Source of the DNA: an uncultured delta proteobacterium
GTDB lineage: Bacteria; Desulfobacterota; Binatia; UBA9968
DNA length: 64,000 nucleotides
Direction of reading: 5' to 3'
Assembly (NCBI GenBank): GCA_963737905.1
Contig: CAVTUQ010000037.1
Coordinates: 64,001 to 128,000, forward strand
Position 1 is the stretch's first letter; the number at the start of each line of letters is the position of its first letter. Of this stretch, positions 43,974-54,555 are shown one piece after another. A program made the translations under genes and the position numbers. The notes below the pieces were generated by a model, which was not told where the DNA came from, did not search any database, and saw only the letters and a list, made by a program, of their open reading frames with translations.

Positions 43974-44435
43974 TCAGAACTTTTGATCTTCTTGGGCGAT
44001 GATTTTGAAGATATCTTGCCCCGTCTTCCCTTCGATAAGGCGGCTGCGAAAAGTGGGGTCCTTGAGCAATCGGGAGATTCTCGCCAATGCTTTTAGGTGA
44101 TCGGCGGCTGCATTCTCCGGGGCGATCAACACGAAAAACAAGTGCGTCGGTCCGCCATCGAGAGAAGCGAAATCGATTCCCTCCAGACTACGGGCGAAGA
44201 TTCCGACCACGCGTTCGACCCCCCGAAGCTTTCCATGCGGGATCGCCACGCCTTCACCAATGGCCGTGGTGCTGATCCGTTCCCGTTCCAATAAAACTTC
44301 AAGAACCTTTCGCTCATCCAGCTCTGGATGATTAGCAACCAACCCGGCCGCCATTTCTTTTAGGACAGCATTTTTTTCGCGCGCCGTGAGTGCAGGGATG
44401 ACCGCTTCCTCAGTCAGAAAATCTGTAATCTTCAC
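43974..44435 (-). CDS. ptsN: PTS EIIA (Ntr-type)
   Basis: ERERISTTAIGEGVAIPH, HLKALARISRLL. Confidence 0.92.
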   Translation of the reverse strand: MKITDFLTEEAVIPALTAREKNAVLKEMAAGLVANHPELDERKVLEVLLERERISTTAIGEGVAIPHGKLRGVERVVGIFARSLEGIDFASLDGGPTHLFFVLIAPENAAADHLKALARISRLLKDPTFRSRLIEGKTGQDIFKIIAQEDQKF

Positions 44436-44749
44436 TCTTTCGCCCTTCTTCGGTTAAGCTTGGTCTTTTCTTTTTGCTTTTGCACCTGGCGCTGAAGCTT
44501 GTCAATCACTAAGTCAATGGCTGAATAGAGATCGTCGGTTTCTTCCTTGCCGTGGATCATGGCTCCATGCGTATGCAGCTCGATTTCCGCCGTATGGCGT
44601 TCCTTAGAGTCCACGGAAAGAACCACATGGGCTTCCAAAGACCGTGAGAAATGCCGTCCGAGGCGGTGGACTTTCTCTTCAGCATAACGTTTCAACGCGT
44701 CCGTGGGTTCCATGTGGCGGAAAGTCACCGCAACTTTCACGTCGCTCAT
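44432..44749 (-). CDS. hpf: Ribosome hibernation factor (short form)
   Basis: FRHMEPTDALKRY, DLYSAID; directly downstream of rpoN. Confidence 0.92.
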   Translation of the reverse strand: MSDVKVAVTFRHMEPTDALKRYAEEKVHRLGRHFSRSLEAHVVLSVDSKERHTAEIELHTHGAMIHGKEETDDLYSAIDLVIDKLQRQVQKQKEKTKLNRRRAKE

Positions 44750-44772
44750 TGTGAAATCCACCCCTTCGCCGC

Positions 44773-46245
44773 TTATTTTCTGAAGTAGGGCTGTCTCCGC
44801 TTCGACGAGGGAAGAATGCCCATGGCCTCCCGGTACTTGGCCACCGTACGACGCGCGATATCGATCGAGTCGTTCGACAAAAGCGCGGCGATGTGTTGGT
44901 CGCTGTGGGGTTTTCGCGGGTCTTCGGAGGCGATAATGCCGCGGATTTTCTCCTTTACACTTTCGCTCGCGACGTCGTCCCCGTTACCGCTCTTGAGACC
45001 GCTTTGGAAAAAGAACTTGAGCTCAAACAGCCCCTGCGGTGTGTGCACGTACTTGTTCGCCGTGGCTCGACTCACCGTGGATTCATGCATGTGTATATCT
45101 TCAGCCACATCCCGAAGCACCATGGGTTTTAGCTGGCTCACTCCGTGATCGAGAAATTCCAGTTGAAATTTAAAAATGCTTTGGGTCACGCGATAGAGGG
45201 TTTGTTGTCGCTGCTGAATGCTTTTGATCAACCATGTCGCTGCGCGCACCTTCTCTTGGAGGTATTGGCGCGCCTGTTCTTCTGCCGCGCCTTCCTGGCC
45301 CGCCATGCGCCGGTAAAGAGAACTTACCCTTAACCGCGGCACACCGTCGTCGTTCAAGTAGATGACATATTCGTTCCCGATTTTCTCCACGAAGACGTCG
45401 GGCAAAACGGTAAGAACTTCCTCCTGCCCGAAACCACGGGACGGCTTCGGCTCAAGGGAGGCAATCACATGAGCCGCATCCGCGATTTCATCCACGGTAA
45501 CGCCCATCTCGCGAGCCATCTTTTCGTATCGTTTGGATTCCAGGTAATTCAGGTAATCGCGCACGATTCGAGCCGCCAAGCTATCACCGAACTGGAGACT
45601 CTCAAGCTGGACCAGGAGACATTCCCTGAGATCACGCGCTGCAACCCCTACCGGATCAAAGAAATGAATGCGCTTTAGAACTTTCTCGGCTTCCTCAGCG
45701 CTACTTTCTGTAGCCTTGCAGAGCTCCTCTAGAGACAGGGCCAAGTAGCCATTCTCGTCCAAGTTGCCGATGATGTAAAACCCGATGCTCTCTTCGCGTT
45801 CAGAGATCTTCGAGAGACGAAGTTGCCAAATCAGATGATCTTCGAGCGAGCTCTTCTTGGTTAAGCTATTCTCCCAGGAGGGCGGGCTGTCACCATCGTC
45901 TCCGGTGGCCTCGGCGGTCAGAGATCCGTGGATGGAGTTGGAATGGGTATCGAGATATTCTTGCCAGTCCAACGTACCGATCTTGTCAACGGCAGGTTCG
46001 CGGTTGATCACCGGCTCCGTTATTGACTCCGCGCCATCGGGTGCCAACTCCAACTTGGGTTGGTCTCCATTTTCACTCTCTTCGGTGGTTCCTTCCTCTA
46101 GGGCGGGGTTATCCTGCAACTCCTTCGAGATCGTCTCCTGTAATTCGAGACGGGACAGCTGAAGCAGCTTGATCGCCTGCTGCAGCTGGGGTGTCATGAC
46201 CAATTGCTGCGCGAGTTTCTGGACCTGACGAATCTCTAGTGCCAT
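44773..46245 (-). CDS. rpoN: RNA polymerase sigma-54 factor
   Basis: MTPQLQQAIKLLQL, HESTVSRA, ARRTVAKYRE (RpoN box). Confidence 0.98.
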   Translation of the reverse strand: MALEIRQVQKLAQQLVMTPQLQQAIKLLQLSRLELQETISKELQDNPALEEGTTEESENGDQPKLELAPDGAESITEPVINREPAVDKIGTLDWQEYLDTHSNSIHGSLTAEATGDDGDSPPSWENSLTKKSSLEDHLIWQLRLSKISEREESIGFYIIGNLDENGYLALSLEELCKATESSAEEAEKVLKRIHFFDPVGVAARDLRECLLVQLESLQFGDSLAARIVRDYLNYLESKRYEKMAREMGVTVDEIADAAHVIASLEPKPSRGFGQEEVLTVLPDVFVEKIGNEYVIYLNDDGVPRLRVSSLYRRMAGQEGAAEEQARQYLQEKVRAATWLIKSIQQRQQTLYRVTQSIFKFQLEFLDHGVSQLKPMVLRDVAEDIHMHESTVSRATANKYVHTPQGLFELKFFFQSGLKSGNGDDVASESVKEKIRGIIASEDPRKPHSDQHIAALLSNDSIDIARRTVAKYREAMGILPSSKRRQPYFRK

Positions 46246-46247
46246 AA

Positions 46248-46970
46248 CTAAAACTTAAAACCTTCTCCCAAATAAAATTTTCTCGCCTTCGTGCTCGAGG
46301 CGATCTTGTCCGGCGTTCCTTCTTCCAGAACGGTGCCTTCGCTAAGAATATAGGCTCGGTCACAAATTCCCAACGTCTCTCGGACATTGTGATCGGTGAT
46401 GAGAATCCCGATTCCGCTCGCGATCAATCTACGGATGATTTTCTGAATTTCGGCAACGGCGATGGGATCCACACCCGTAAAAGGTTCGTCGAGAAGAACA
46501 AAGTAAGGAGAAAGGACCAAGGCACGGGCAATTTCTACTCTTCGCCGCTCTCCACCCGATAACGTAAACGCCCTGTGGTCGGCTAGGTGATCTACACCGA
46601 GCATTTTCATAAGCGCCTGACATCTCTCTTCCTGTTGCGCGCCGCTGAGATCAAGGGTCTGCAAAATCGCAAAGAGATTATCCTCTACGGTTAGGCGGCG
46701 AAAAACCGACGATTCCTGCGGAAGATAGCTGATTCCCGCCCGCGCCCGCTGGTAAATGGGCGCGGCGGTCAGATCCTGATCGTTCAAAAGCACCTTACCC
46801 TCGTCCGGTTGAACCAAGCCGACCATGATATGAAACGTCGTGGTTTTCCCTGCGCCATTGGGGCCAAGCAAGCCAACAATCTCACCACCTCTAACCTCAA
46901 TATTGACTCCGTTGACGACGCGACGACCGCTGTAGGATTTTGCCACCGCCTCCGCTGTAAGAACGCTCAT
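46248..46970 (-). CDS. lptB: LPS export ABC ATPase
   Basis: GPNGAGKTT, YLPQESSVFR, LSGGERRR, LDEPFTGVDP. Confidence 0.96.
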   Translation of the reverse strand: MSVLTAEAVAKSYSGRRVVNGVNIEVRGGEIVGLLGPNGAGKTTTFHIMVGLVQPDEGKVLLNDQDLTAAPIYQRARAGISYLPQESSVFRRLTVEDNLFAILQTLDLSGAQQEERCQALMKMLGVDHLADHRAFTLSGGERRRVEIARALVLSPYFVLLDEPFTGVDPIAVAEIQKIIRRLIASGIGILITDHNVRETLGICDRAYILSEGTVLEEGTPDKIASSTKARKFYLGEGFKF

Positions 46971-46972
46971 CT

Positions 46973-47542
46973 CTAATTACTCGGAGCGGTTTCTCCTTTG
47001 TCCTGCTTCCCTAGCTCTTCGGGAAATATCGTCGCCTTCACCCTTACTTTGCCGTCTCCTTCAGCCACAGCTTTATCCTGCTCGACAAAATAGATGACCC
47101 GCGATCCACTGATTTGGCTATTGCCTTGCCGCATAATCGGATTACCGGTCATCGTCACCGTTTTGGCCTGGTCGTCAAATACCGCCTTCTCTCCCGTGGC
47201 TACCCGATCGCCTTGCGTGGCGTTCACTTTCCCCTCGGCAACGATTTGCTTAATCTGCTTCATATCCGAAGTATATTCGGCGGTCAGGGTCTCACTTCTT
47301 ATGGTCATATCTCCTTGGATTGTAACCACATGCCCCTTATACGTGATCGTACCCTTGGTCTGATCAAATTCCATCCAGTCGGAGTTTATGTAAATAGGAT
47401 CCTTTTTGTTGAGTTCAAACCCCGGTCCGCCCTTTTTCTTCGACTCATCTTTCTCCGGCGTCGCAGCGTCGCCTAGCGCAATCACCATGGAAGCAGATAA
47501 GAGGAAAAAAAATAGCGATACCCTTAGCACTGAATAACCCAT
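46973..47542 (-). CDS. lptA: LPS transport periplasmic protein
   Basis: Signal peptide, PIYINSD, OstA-like beta pattern, position in the lpt operon. Confidence 0.9.
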   Translation of the reverse strand: MGYSVLRVSLFFFLLSASMVIALGDAATPEKDESKKKGGPGFELNKKDPIYINSDWMEFDQTKGTITYKGHVVTIQGDMTIRSETLTAEYTSDMKQIKQIVAEGKVNATQGDRVATGEKAVFDDQAKTVTMTGNPIMRQGNSQISGSRVIYFVEQDKAVAEGDGKVRVKATIFPEELGKQDKGETAPSN

Positions 47543-48172
47543 TTACCCTCCGCTCATCTGGTTCGGGCCGGATTTTTTGTCTTTTCTTGCCACCTTGTCA
47601 GGCTCGATCTTGGTCTTGACGTTCTGCATCAAGCGCACTTTTTTGACCTCCATTTCAATCTCCATCCGCGATCCTTCTACTTCCAGGCCGTTCCCCACCA
47701 CGGTTGCTCGCTTCGGTAAAACAATCCGTCCAGTGTCGGCGAAATAGGTCGCTTCCTCGGACTTCAGCACGTACCCCTGATAGGTTACTTGGACCTCACC
47801 CTGGAGCTGCATTTTCTCCAACTCTTTCTCGTTAAAGAATAGCCGCGCACTATTGCCGGTTGTTTCAGCGGTCTCGCCTTGTTTGTTGTAGTAGTAAAAG
47901 CGTGGCTTTTTTATGACCGCTTCTTTCTGCTCCTTGAAATAGTTTGCCTCATCGCCGAAGAGTTCCCACAGCTTTTTTCCATTTTCGATTTTTGCACGGC
48001 GAAAATCCTTCATCTGAAGCGCCGACTCTGGAATATAATCCAGCGCCTTAAGTGGATTTTTTCTGATCTCCTCGGCCTTCATAATCCAAAGACTCTCGGC
48101 GACTTTGTAGCCCACACCTCCCAGAGATAGAAAAATGACCACCAGCAATATGAGCCTTTTACGCCTACGCAT
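47543..48172 (-). CDS. lptC: LPS export protein LptC
   Basis: N-terminal TM anchor, beta-jellyroll pattern, position between kdsC and lptA. Confidence 0.85.
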   Translation of the reverse strand: MRRRKRLILLVVIFLSLGGVGYKVAESLWIMKAEEIRKNPLKALDYIPESALQMKDFRRAKIENGKKLWELFGDEANYFKEQKEAVIKKPRFYYYNKQGETAETTGNSARLFFNEKELEKMQLQGEVQVTYQGYVLKSEEATYFADTGRIVLPKRATVVGNGLEVEGSRMEIEMEVKKVRLMQNVKTKIEPDKVARKDKKSGPNQMSGG

Positions 48173-48197
48173 TGATGAACCCCCGGGATAAGCTATA

Positions 48198-48226
48198 AAA
48201 ATACCATTCTTTGAAAAAACTGTAAA
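48198..48226 (-). promoter_or_regulatory. Internal sigma70-type promoter for lptC-lptA-lptB-rpoN
   Basis: TTTACA-N17-TATTTT with a TG extension. Confidence 0.5.
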
Positions 48227-48231
48227 GCAAT

Positions 48232-48247
48232 GGGCACGAAAATTGCT
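48232..48247 (+). promoter_or_regulatory. Sigma54 -24/-12-like site, opposite orientation to the operon
   Basis: GGGCAC-gaaaa-TTGCT. Confidence 0.55.
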
Positions 48248-48279
48248 AAAGCCCCGGAGAAATCAGGCTTATCTTCACC

Positions 48280-48807
48280 TTAGCGCTCTGTGAGATCCTT
48301 CCACATATTCTGCGCTTTAAGTACCAGCTCTGAAACCTCCCTCACGGCCCCCCTTCCTCCCCCACTTTTAGTAACGTAATCGACCCGCGTTTTAAGACCT
48401 GGCCAACCATCCCTAACCGCAATCGCCAACCCCACCTGTCGCAATACGGGTAGATCCAGAATATCATCTCCCACATAAGCGATTTGCTCGTCCTTAAGTC
48501 CGGTTTTCCGTTTAATACGAATGTAGATCTCGGCCTTGTTTTTCACACCTTGATGGACAATGGTTACGCCTAGTTCTTTCGCGCGATGGCGCACAATATT
48601 GGAGTAACGTCCGGTGATAAAGCCGACTCTGATTCCGCAACGGATAAGCAACGTGATGCCTTGGCCGTCGCGCACATCGAAGCGTTTGGCCTCCACTCCC
48701 CGATCGTCGAGGATGATGCCGCCGTCCGTGAGAACGCCATCGACGTCAAGGAGGATGAGTCTTATTTTGGCGGCTTTCTTTTGCACGCCGGGAGAGATGT
48801 GCTTCAC
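48280..48807 (-). CDS. kdsC: KDO 8-phosphate phosphatase
   Basis: LDVDGVLTDG, AYVGDD..D, GGRGAVRE. Confidence 0.95.
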   Translation of the reverse strand: MKHISPGVQKKAAKIRLILLDVDGVLTDGGIILDDRGVEAKRFDVRDGQGITLLIRCGIRVGFITGRYSNIVRHRAKELGVTIVHQGVKNKAEIYIRIKRKTGLKDEQIAYVGDDILDLPVLRQVGLAIAVRDGWPGLKTRVDYVTKSGGGRGAVREVSELVLKAQNMWKDLTER

Positions 48808-48813
48808 CGCTTG

Positions 48814-49803
48814 CTAAACGATCCCGGCTTTGAGGAGGTCGTGAATGTGAAGGACCCCAATCGGTACCCTATGACCGGGTTTGTCCACAACAAAAAGCGA
48901 GGTGATCGGGCGGGGCACATTCTCTTCCATCTTTACCAGAGCCTGTGATGCGAGGGCATCCTTCTCGATCGATTTCGGGTTTAAGGTCATAATTTCTTTC
49001 GCTCTCTTGCTGAGAACGCCATCGCCGTGGGCTTGCAGTCCTCTCCGCAAGTCGCCGTCGGTGATAACCCCAATCAGATCACCGCGTTTATCGGTAACTC
49101 CCGTGACACCCAAACGCTTCGAAGTGATGACTAGAACGGCCTCCTTCATGAGAGTTTCTTCATCTACCAGCGGTAAATCGGCATCCCGATGCATCAAGTC
49201 CTCGACCCGAAGCAGCAATTTGCGGCCGAGTATTCCCCCCGGATGGCGCAGCGCAAAATCCTCTTCTTTGAACCCCTTTTTCTCTAAGAGAATAACCGCA
49301 AGGGCATCCCCCAGAGCGAGCGCCGCGGTGGTACTCGCCGTCGGCGACAGCCCGAGAGGGCAGGCCTCTTCCATGACGCCTGCATCGAGAACGACGTCAG
49401 CCGCACGGGAAAGGGTTGAGCCGTGATTCCCGGTCATGACGATGAGCCTCACACCGATACGCTTAAGAATGGGGATCAAGGTTAAAATCTCTTCGGTCTC
49501 CCCGCTATTGGAGACGGCGAGAACAACGTCTCCTTCCTTAATCATCCCCATGTCGCCGTGATTTGCATCCCCAGCATGAAGGAAAAAAGAAGGTGTGCCC
49601 ATGCTCGAAAAGGTAGCAGCGATTTTTCGGCAAATCAGCCCAGATTTTCCCAACCCGGTAACGACCACTTTGCCGCGACAGTCGTCAAGCAATTCGACCG
49701 CTTGGATAAAGCGATCATCAAGGCGATCGATCAGCGAAACAATACCTGTCGCTTCGATGTTCAGCACTTCTCTCGCTCGCTGCAAGATGACGGCTTTGTT
49801 CAC
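48814..49803 (-). CDS. kdsD: Arabinose 5-phosphate isomerase (KpsF/GutQ)
   Basis: GLGKSG, HGDMG, SNSGET, PTASTT, HPGG, CBS pair. Confidence 0.95.
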   Translation of the reverse strand: MNKAVILQRAREVLNIEATGIVSLIDRLDDRFIQAVELLDDCRGKVVVTGLGKSGLICRKIAATFSSMGTPSFFLHAGDANHGDMGMIKEGDVVLAVSNSGETEEILTLIPILKRIGVRLIVMTGNHGSTLSRAADVVLDAGVMEEACPLGLSPTASTTAALALGDALAVILLEKKGFKEEDFALRHPGGILGRKLLLRVEDLMHRDADLPLVDEETLMKEAVLVITSKRLGVTGVTDKRGDLIGVITDGDLRRGLQAHGDGVLSKRAKEIMTLNPKSIEKDALASQALVKMEENVPRPITSLFVVDKPGHRVPIGVLHIHDLLKAGIV

Positions 49804-50636
49804 GTCCCCAATTCCTGTTTCAAGATGCCATCAATTTCCTTAACAATCCGCAGCACTCCTTCAAACTCCTGCAATGGCAGTGAGTTGGGACCGTCACTGA
49901 GCGCTTGATCCGGATTTTCGTGAACTTCCATGAAGAGCGCATCGACACCCACAGCGACCCCGGCGCGCGCCAACGGGCCAATGTATTTTCTTTCACCGCC
50001 GGATGCTTTTCCTAACCCGCCGGGAAGCTGCAAGCTGTGGGTGGCATCGAAGACCACAGGATACCCGAGTTCTCGCATAATCAGCAACGACCGCATGTCG
50101 GAAACCAAATTGTTGTAGCCGAAGGAAACTCCCCGTTCGGTCAGTAAGATTTGATCGTTGTTGGCGGAGCGTATTTTGTCGACGATATTGCCAATATCCC
50201 AAGGCGCCAGAAACTGCCCTTTCTTTACATTGACGACTTTCCCTGATTGAGCGACCGCGACAACGAAGTCTGTCTGCCGGCAGAGGAACGCGGGGATCTG
50301 GAGCACATCGGCGACTTCGCTCACAGGCGCAACTTGCTCTCTCTCATGCACGTCCGTCAATACGGGCACCCGCATCTCTCTTTTGACCTCGGCGAGGATT
50401 TCCAAGCCCTTGTCCAATCCCGGCCCGCGATAGGAATCGGCTGATGAACGATTCGCCTTATCGTAGGAAGATTTGAAGATGTAGGGAACCCCAACCCGAT
50501 CAGCGACTGCTTTAAGCGCCGAAGCGTGTCTTAAGGCCGACTCCCTGCTTTCGATCACGCAAGGACCGGCGATAACCGCAAGGGGGCGCCCGGCACCGAT
50601 CTCGATATTTCCTACTTTTACGCGCTTGGTGCTCAT
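49800..50636 (-). CDS. kdsA: KDO 8-phosphate synthase
   Basis: AGPCVIES, KANRSS, PAFLCRQTD, DATHS, SDGPN; start taken as ATG 50636. Confidence 0.96.
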   Translation of the reverse strand: MSTKRVKVGNIEIGAGRPLAVIAGPCVIESRESALRHASALKAVADRVGVPYIFKSSYDKANRSSADSYRGPGLDKGLEILAEVKREMRVPVLTDVHEREQVAPVSEVADVLQIPAFLCRQTDFVVAVAQSGKVVNVKKGQFLAPWDIGNIVDKIRSANNDQILLTERGVSFGYNNLVSDMRSLLIMRELGYPVVFDATHSLQLPGGLGKASGGERKYIGPLARAGVAVGVDALFMEVHENPDQALSDGPNSLPLQEFEGVLRIVKEIDGILKQELGT

Positions 50637-50665
50637 GGATAAAAAGGCCCGACGGCTCGCAACAA

Positions 50666-52321
<1,656 letters not shown>

Positions 52322-53095
52322 TCAGTTCCTATGCTGTCTCCAATATTTTTCCGCCTTTGCCAAATCCTCCGCCGTATCGACCTCTACGGATCGCTCTTCC
52401 ACGGCTGCAACAAATATCCGATGACCGTACGCCAAAGCCCGGAGCTGCTCAAGACTTTCGATTCGCTCCAGCGCCGTGGGCCGCAACCGCGAAAACTTCA
52501 GCAGAAAATCACGCCGATAGACATAAAGGCCTATATGGCGATTACCCCATAATCGGCTTTCTGGACGGCGTCCTGTTTTCCGATCATTGAGATCAACGGC
52601 GCCATTCCGAACATAGGGAATCGGCGAACGGGAAAAATACAGCGCAAAGCCCTTACGATCTGTAAGAACCTTGACGATGTTCGGGTCGCGCCATTCCGCT
52701 TCATCAAAAATCGGCGTACCGATGGTGCCCATGGGAATCGAGCGGTCACGGCGCATGGGGCGAACCGCACGCGTGATCGTATCGGACTGAATAAACGGCA
52801 AATCCCCTTGTACATTTACGAACCAATCCGCCTTGATCTTTCGTGCCACCTCAGCCACACGATCCGTCCCGCTGGCGTGGTGCTTCGATGTCATCATCAC
52901 CTCGCCGCCAAACCCCCGGACTGTTTCCTCCACCCGCCGGTCGTCGGTAGCCACCAAAACCCGATTTAAACCTCTCGCCTTTGACGCACTTTCGTAAACA
53001 TGCTGGATCATCGGTTTGCCGCCGATTCTGGCTAAAGGCTTTCCCGGAAGCCGGGTCGAACCATAGCGCGCCGGAATGATTGCCACGACAGCCAT
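52322..53095 (-). CDS. kdsB: CMP-KDO synthetase
   Basis: IPARYGSTRLPGKPL, SGTDR, NVQGD, LYFSRSPIP, ESLEQLRAL. Confidence 0.96.
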   Translation of the reverse strand: MAVVAIIPARYGSTRLPGKPLARIGGKPMIQHVYESASKARGLNRVLVATDDRRVEETVRGFGGEVMMTSKHHASGTDRVAEVARKIKADWFVNVQGDLPFIQSDTITRAVRPMRRDRSIPMGTIGTPIFDEAEWRDPNIVKVLTDRKGFALYFSRSPIPYVRNGAVDLNDRKTGRRPESRLWGNRHIGLYVYRRDFLLKFSRLRPTALERIESLEQLRALAYGHRIFVAAVEERSVEVDTAEDLAKAEKYWRQHRN

Positions 53096-53157
53096 CGGTT
53101 TACTGTTTTATAGCTACCCTGAGAAACGGAAGAGACCGAAAATTGCGCGCCCGCTCC

Positions 53158-53201
53158 AAAAATAAAAAACCGCAATGGCCTTCTAGGAAAGCGCATCACG
53201 G
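53158..53201 (-). terminator. Leader terminator (attenuator) upstream of kdsB-pyrG
   Basis: CCGUGAUGCGCUUUC-CUA-GAAGGCCAUUGCGG followed by UUUUUUAUUUUU. Confidence 0.8.
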
Positions 53202-53207
53202 ACTTAA

Positions 53208-53236
53208 AATATACGCCGAGGCCGAAAGGGTGTCAA
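53208..53236 (-). promoter_or_regulatory. Sigma70 promoter of the kdsB-pyrG operon
   Basis: TTGACA-N17-TATATT, followed by TTAAG-TCCG. Confidence 0.85.
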
Positions 53237-53607
53237 TGACGAATCGCAGAAGTTTCTCTACGATCTCGGATTATTCACCTTACGAGGGAAAGCATGACCG
53301 AACCGAGGAGTGAGCCTCGAAGCGAGCGGGCACAGGAGCGTAAAAACACACCGACTTAACTGGTGCTTGACTAAAAGCTCGCCTTTCTTAAGCAAAGTAT
53401 GCTTCACCACTCAAATTTGCAGGCCTCCTCAAGGTAGAGGTCCATTGCCCGCGACCGGAGAGGCTTACTCCTCGGGCCGTCTTACCCCGGGAATGAACCG
53501 TGCTAGCAACCTTTTGGGGGAGCATTAGAAAAAAGATCGGCACTGAAACTTGACTTATTATTGCCGGCCTATGATAGGAGTGACATTAAGAATCCATAAG
53601 GACAGGC

Positions 53608-54543
53608 ATGACGGACCTCATTAAGATCAACGCAGGATTCGCTACCATCGGGCAAGGTGCCGGGCCGATGATGGTGACGTGGAAAGCCGACCTGTTTCAG
53701 AAATATGGCCTGGCTGTCGAGAAACCCGCCATCATGGGCGGCGCGAAGGGCGTCGTGCGCGGCTTGATGTCAGGGGAGATCCAATTCGGTAATCTGGCAG
53801 CGCCGGCACCGCTCAGAGCCAATGTTAAGGGTGAAGCGGATTTGATCTTTTTGACCGGGGGTATCAATCAGCAATTCATCATGGGAAAACCCGGTATCAC
53901 CGACCGTAGAGACTTGGCGGGCAAAAAAATGGGTTTCGTTGGCGATGGAGGTTTGAACGATGCCCTGGTGCAATTTGTCATCGAAAAGCTGAACGCCACG
54001 GGTATACGGGGCTTGCAGAAGGAACCCATTCCGGCCGGCGGTGACAAAGAGCTCGAAGCGCTTCTGAGCGGCAGGTGCGACGCGATTGTCATCACACCTC
54101 CGGAGTCCGTTTACGGTCGAAGAAGAGGTTGCAAGTACCTCGTCGATTTCGCCGAATACGGGTTGAACTACGCCCTCGGAGGGATCGCGGCTCGTCGCGA
54201 TTACGTTGAAGAGAATCCTGAAATTACGAGGAAGTTTATCAAAGCCTATGTCGAAGGAATGCACCGTTATCGCACAGACCGAGAGTTCACGGTCGACGTC
54301 CAAGCCGAATACAGCGGCATCGCGGATCGAAGCGTGGCGGAGGAAACCTACGACTTGACCCAGCCAGGCATGCCGAGCGTTCCCTACCCTGTTGTCTCTT
54401 CCCTCCAAACGTTGCTCGATTTCATGGCCAAGGAACTTCCTGAGGCCAGAGACGCTGATGCGAGGCGATTTGTCGACGATCGGTTTATCCGCGAGCTTGA
54501 CGAGAGCGGATTTATCGCCTCGTTGTCCAACCAACGTCGATGA
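53608..54543 (+). CDS. NMT1/THI5-like substrate-binding-fold protein without an evident signal peptide
   Basis: LFQKYGL, DLAGKKMG, FIKAYVEG, FVDDRFIRELDESG similar to 2616-3593. Confidence 0.8.
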   Translation: MTDLIKINAGFATIGQGAGPMMVTWKADLFQKYGLAVEKPAIMGGAKGVVRGLMSGEIQFGNLAAPAPLRANVKGEADLIFLTGGINQQFIMGKPGITDRRDLAGKKMGFVGDGGLNDALVQFVIEKLNATGIRGLQKEPIPAGGDKELEALLSGRCDAIVITPPESVYGRRRGCKYLVDFAEYGLNYALGGIAARRDYVEENPEITRKFIKAYVEGMHRYRTDREFTVDVQAEYSGIADRSVAEETYDLTQPGMPSVPYPVVSSLQTLLDFMAKELPEARDADARRFVDDRFIRELDESGFIASLSNQRR

Positions 54544-54555
54544 CGAGCATCCCCC

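Noticed and set aside
53290-53530. ncRNA or small ORFs (21-aa MTEPRSEPR..., 72-aa 53310-53528)
   Set aside because: No recognisable RNA family motif or protein features; cannot be supported without a search.
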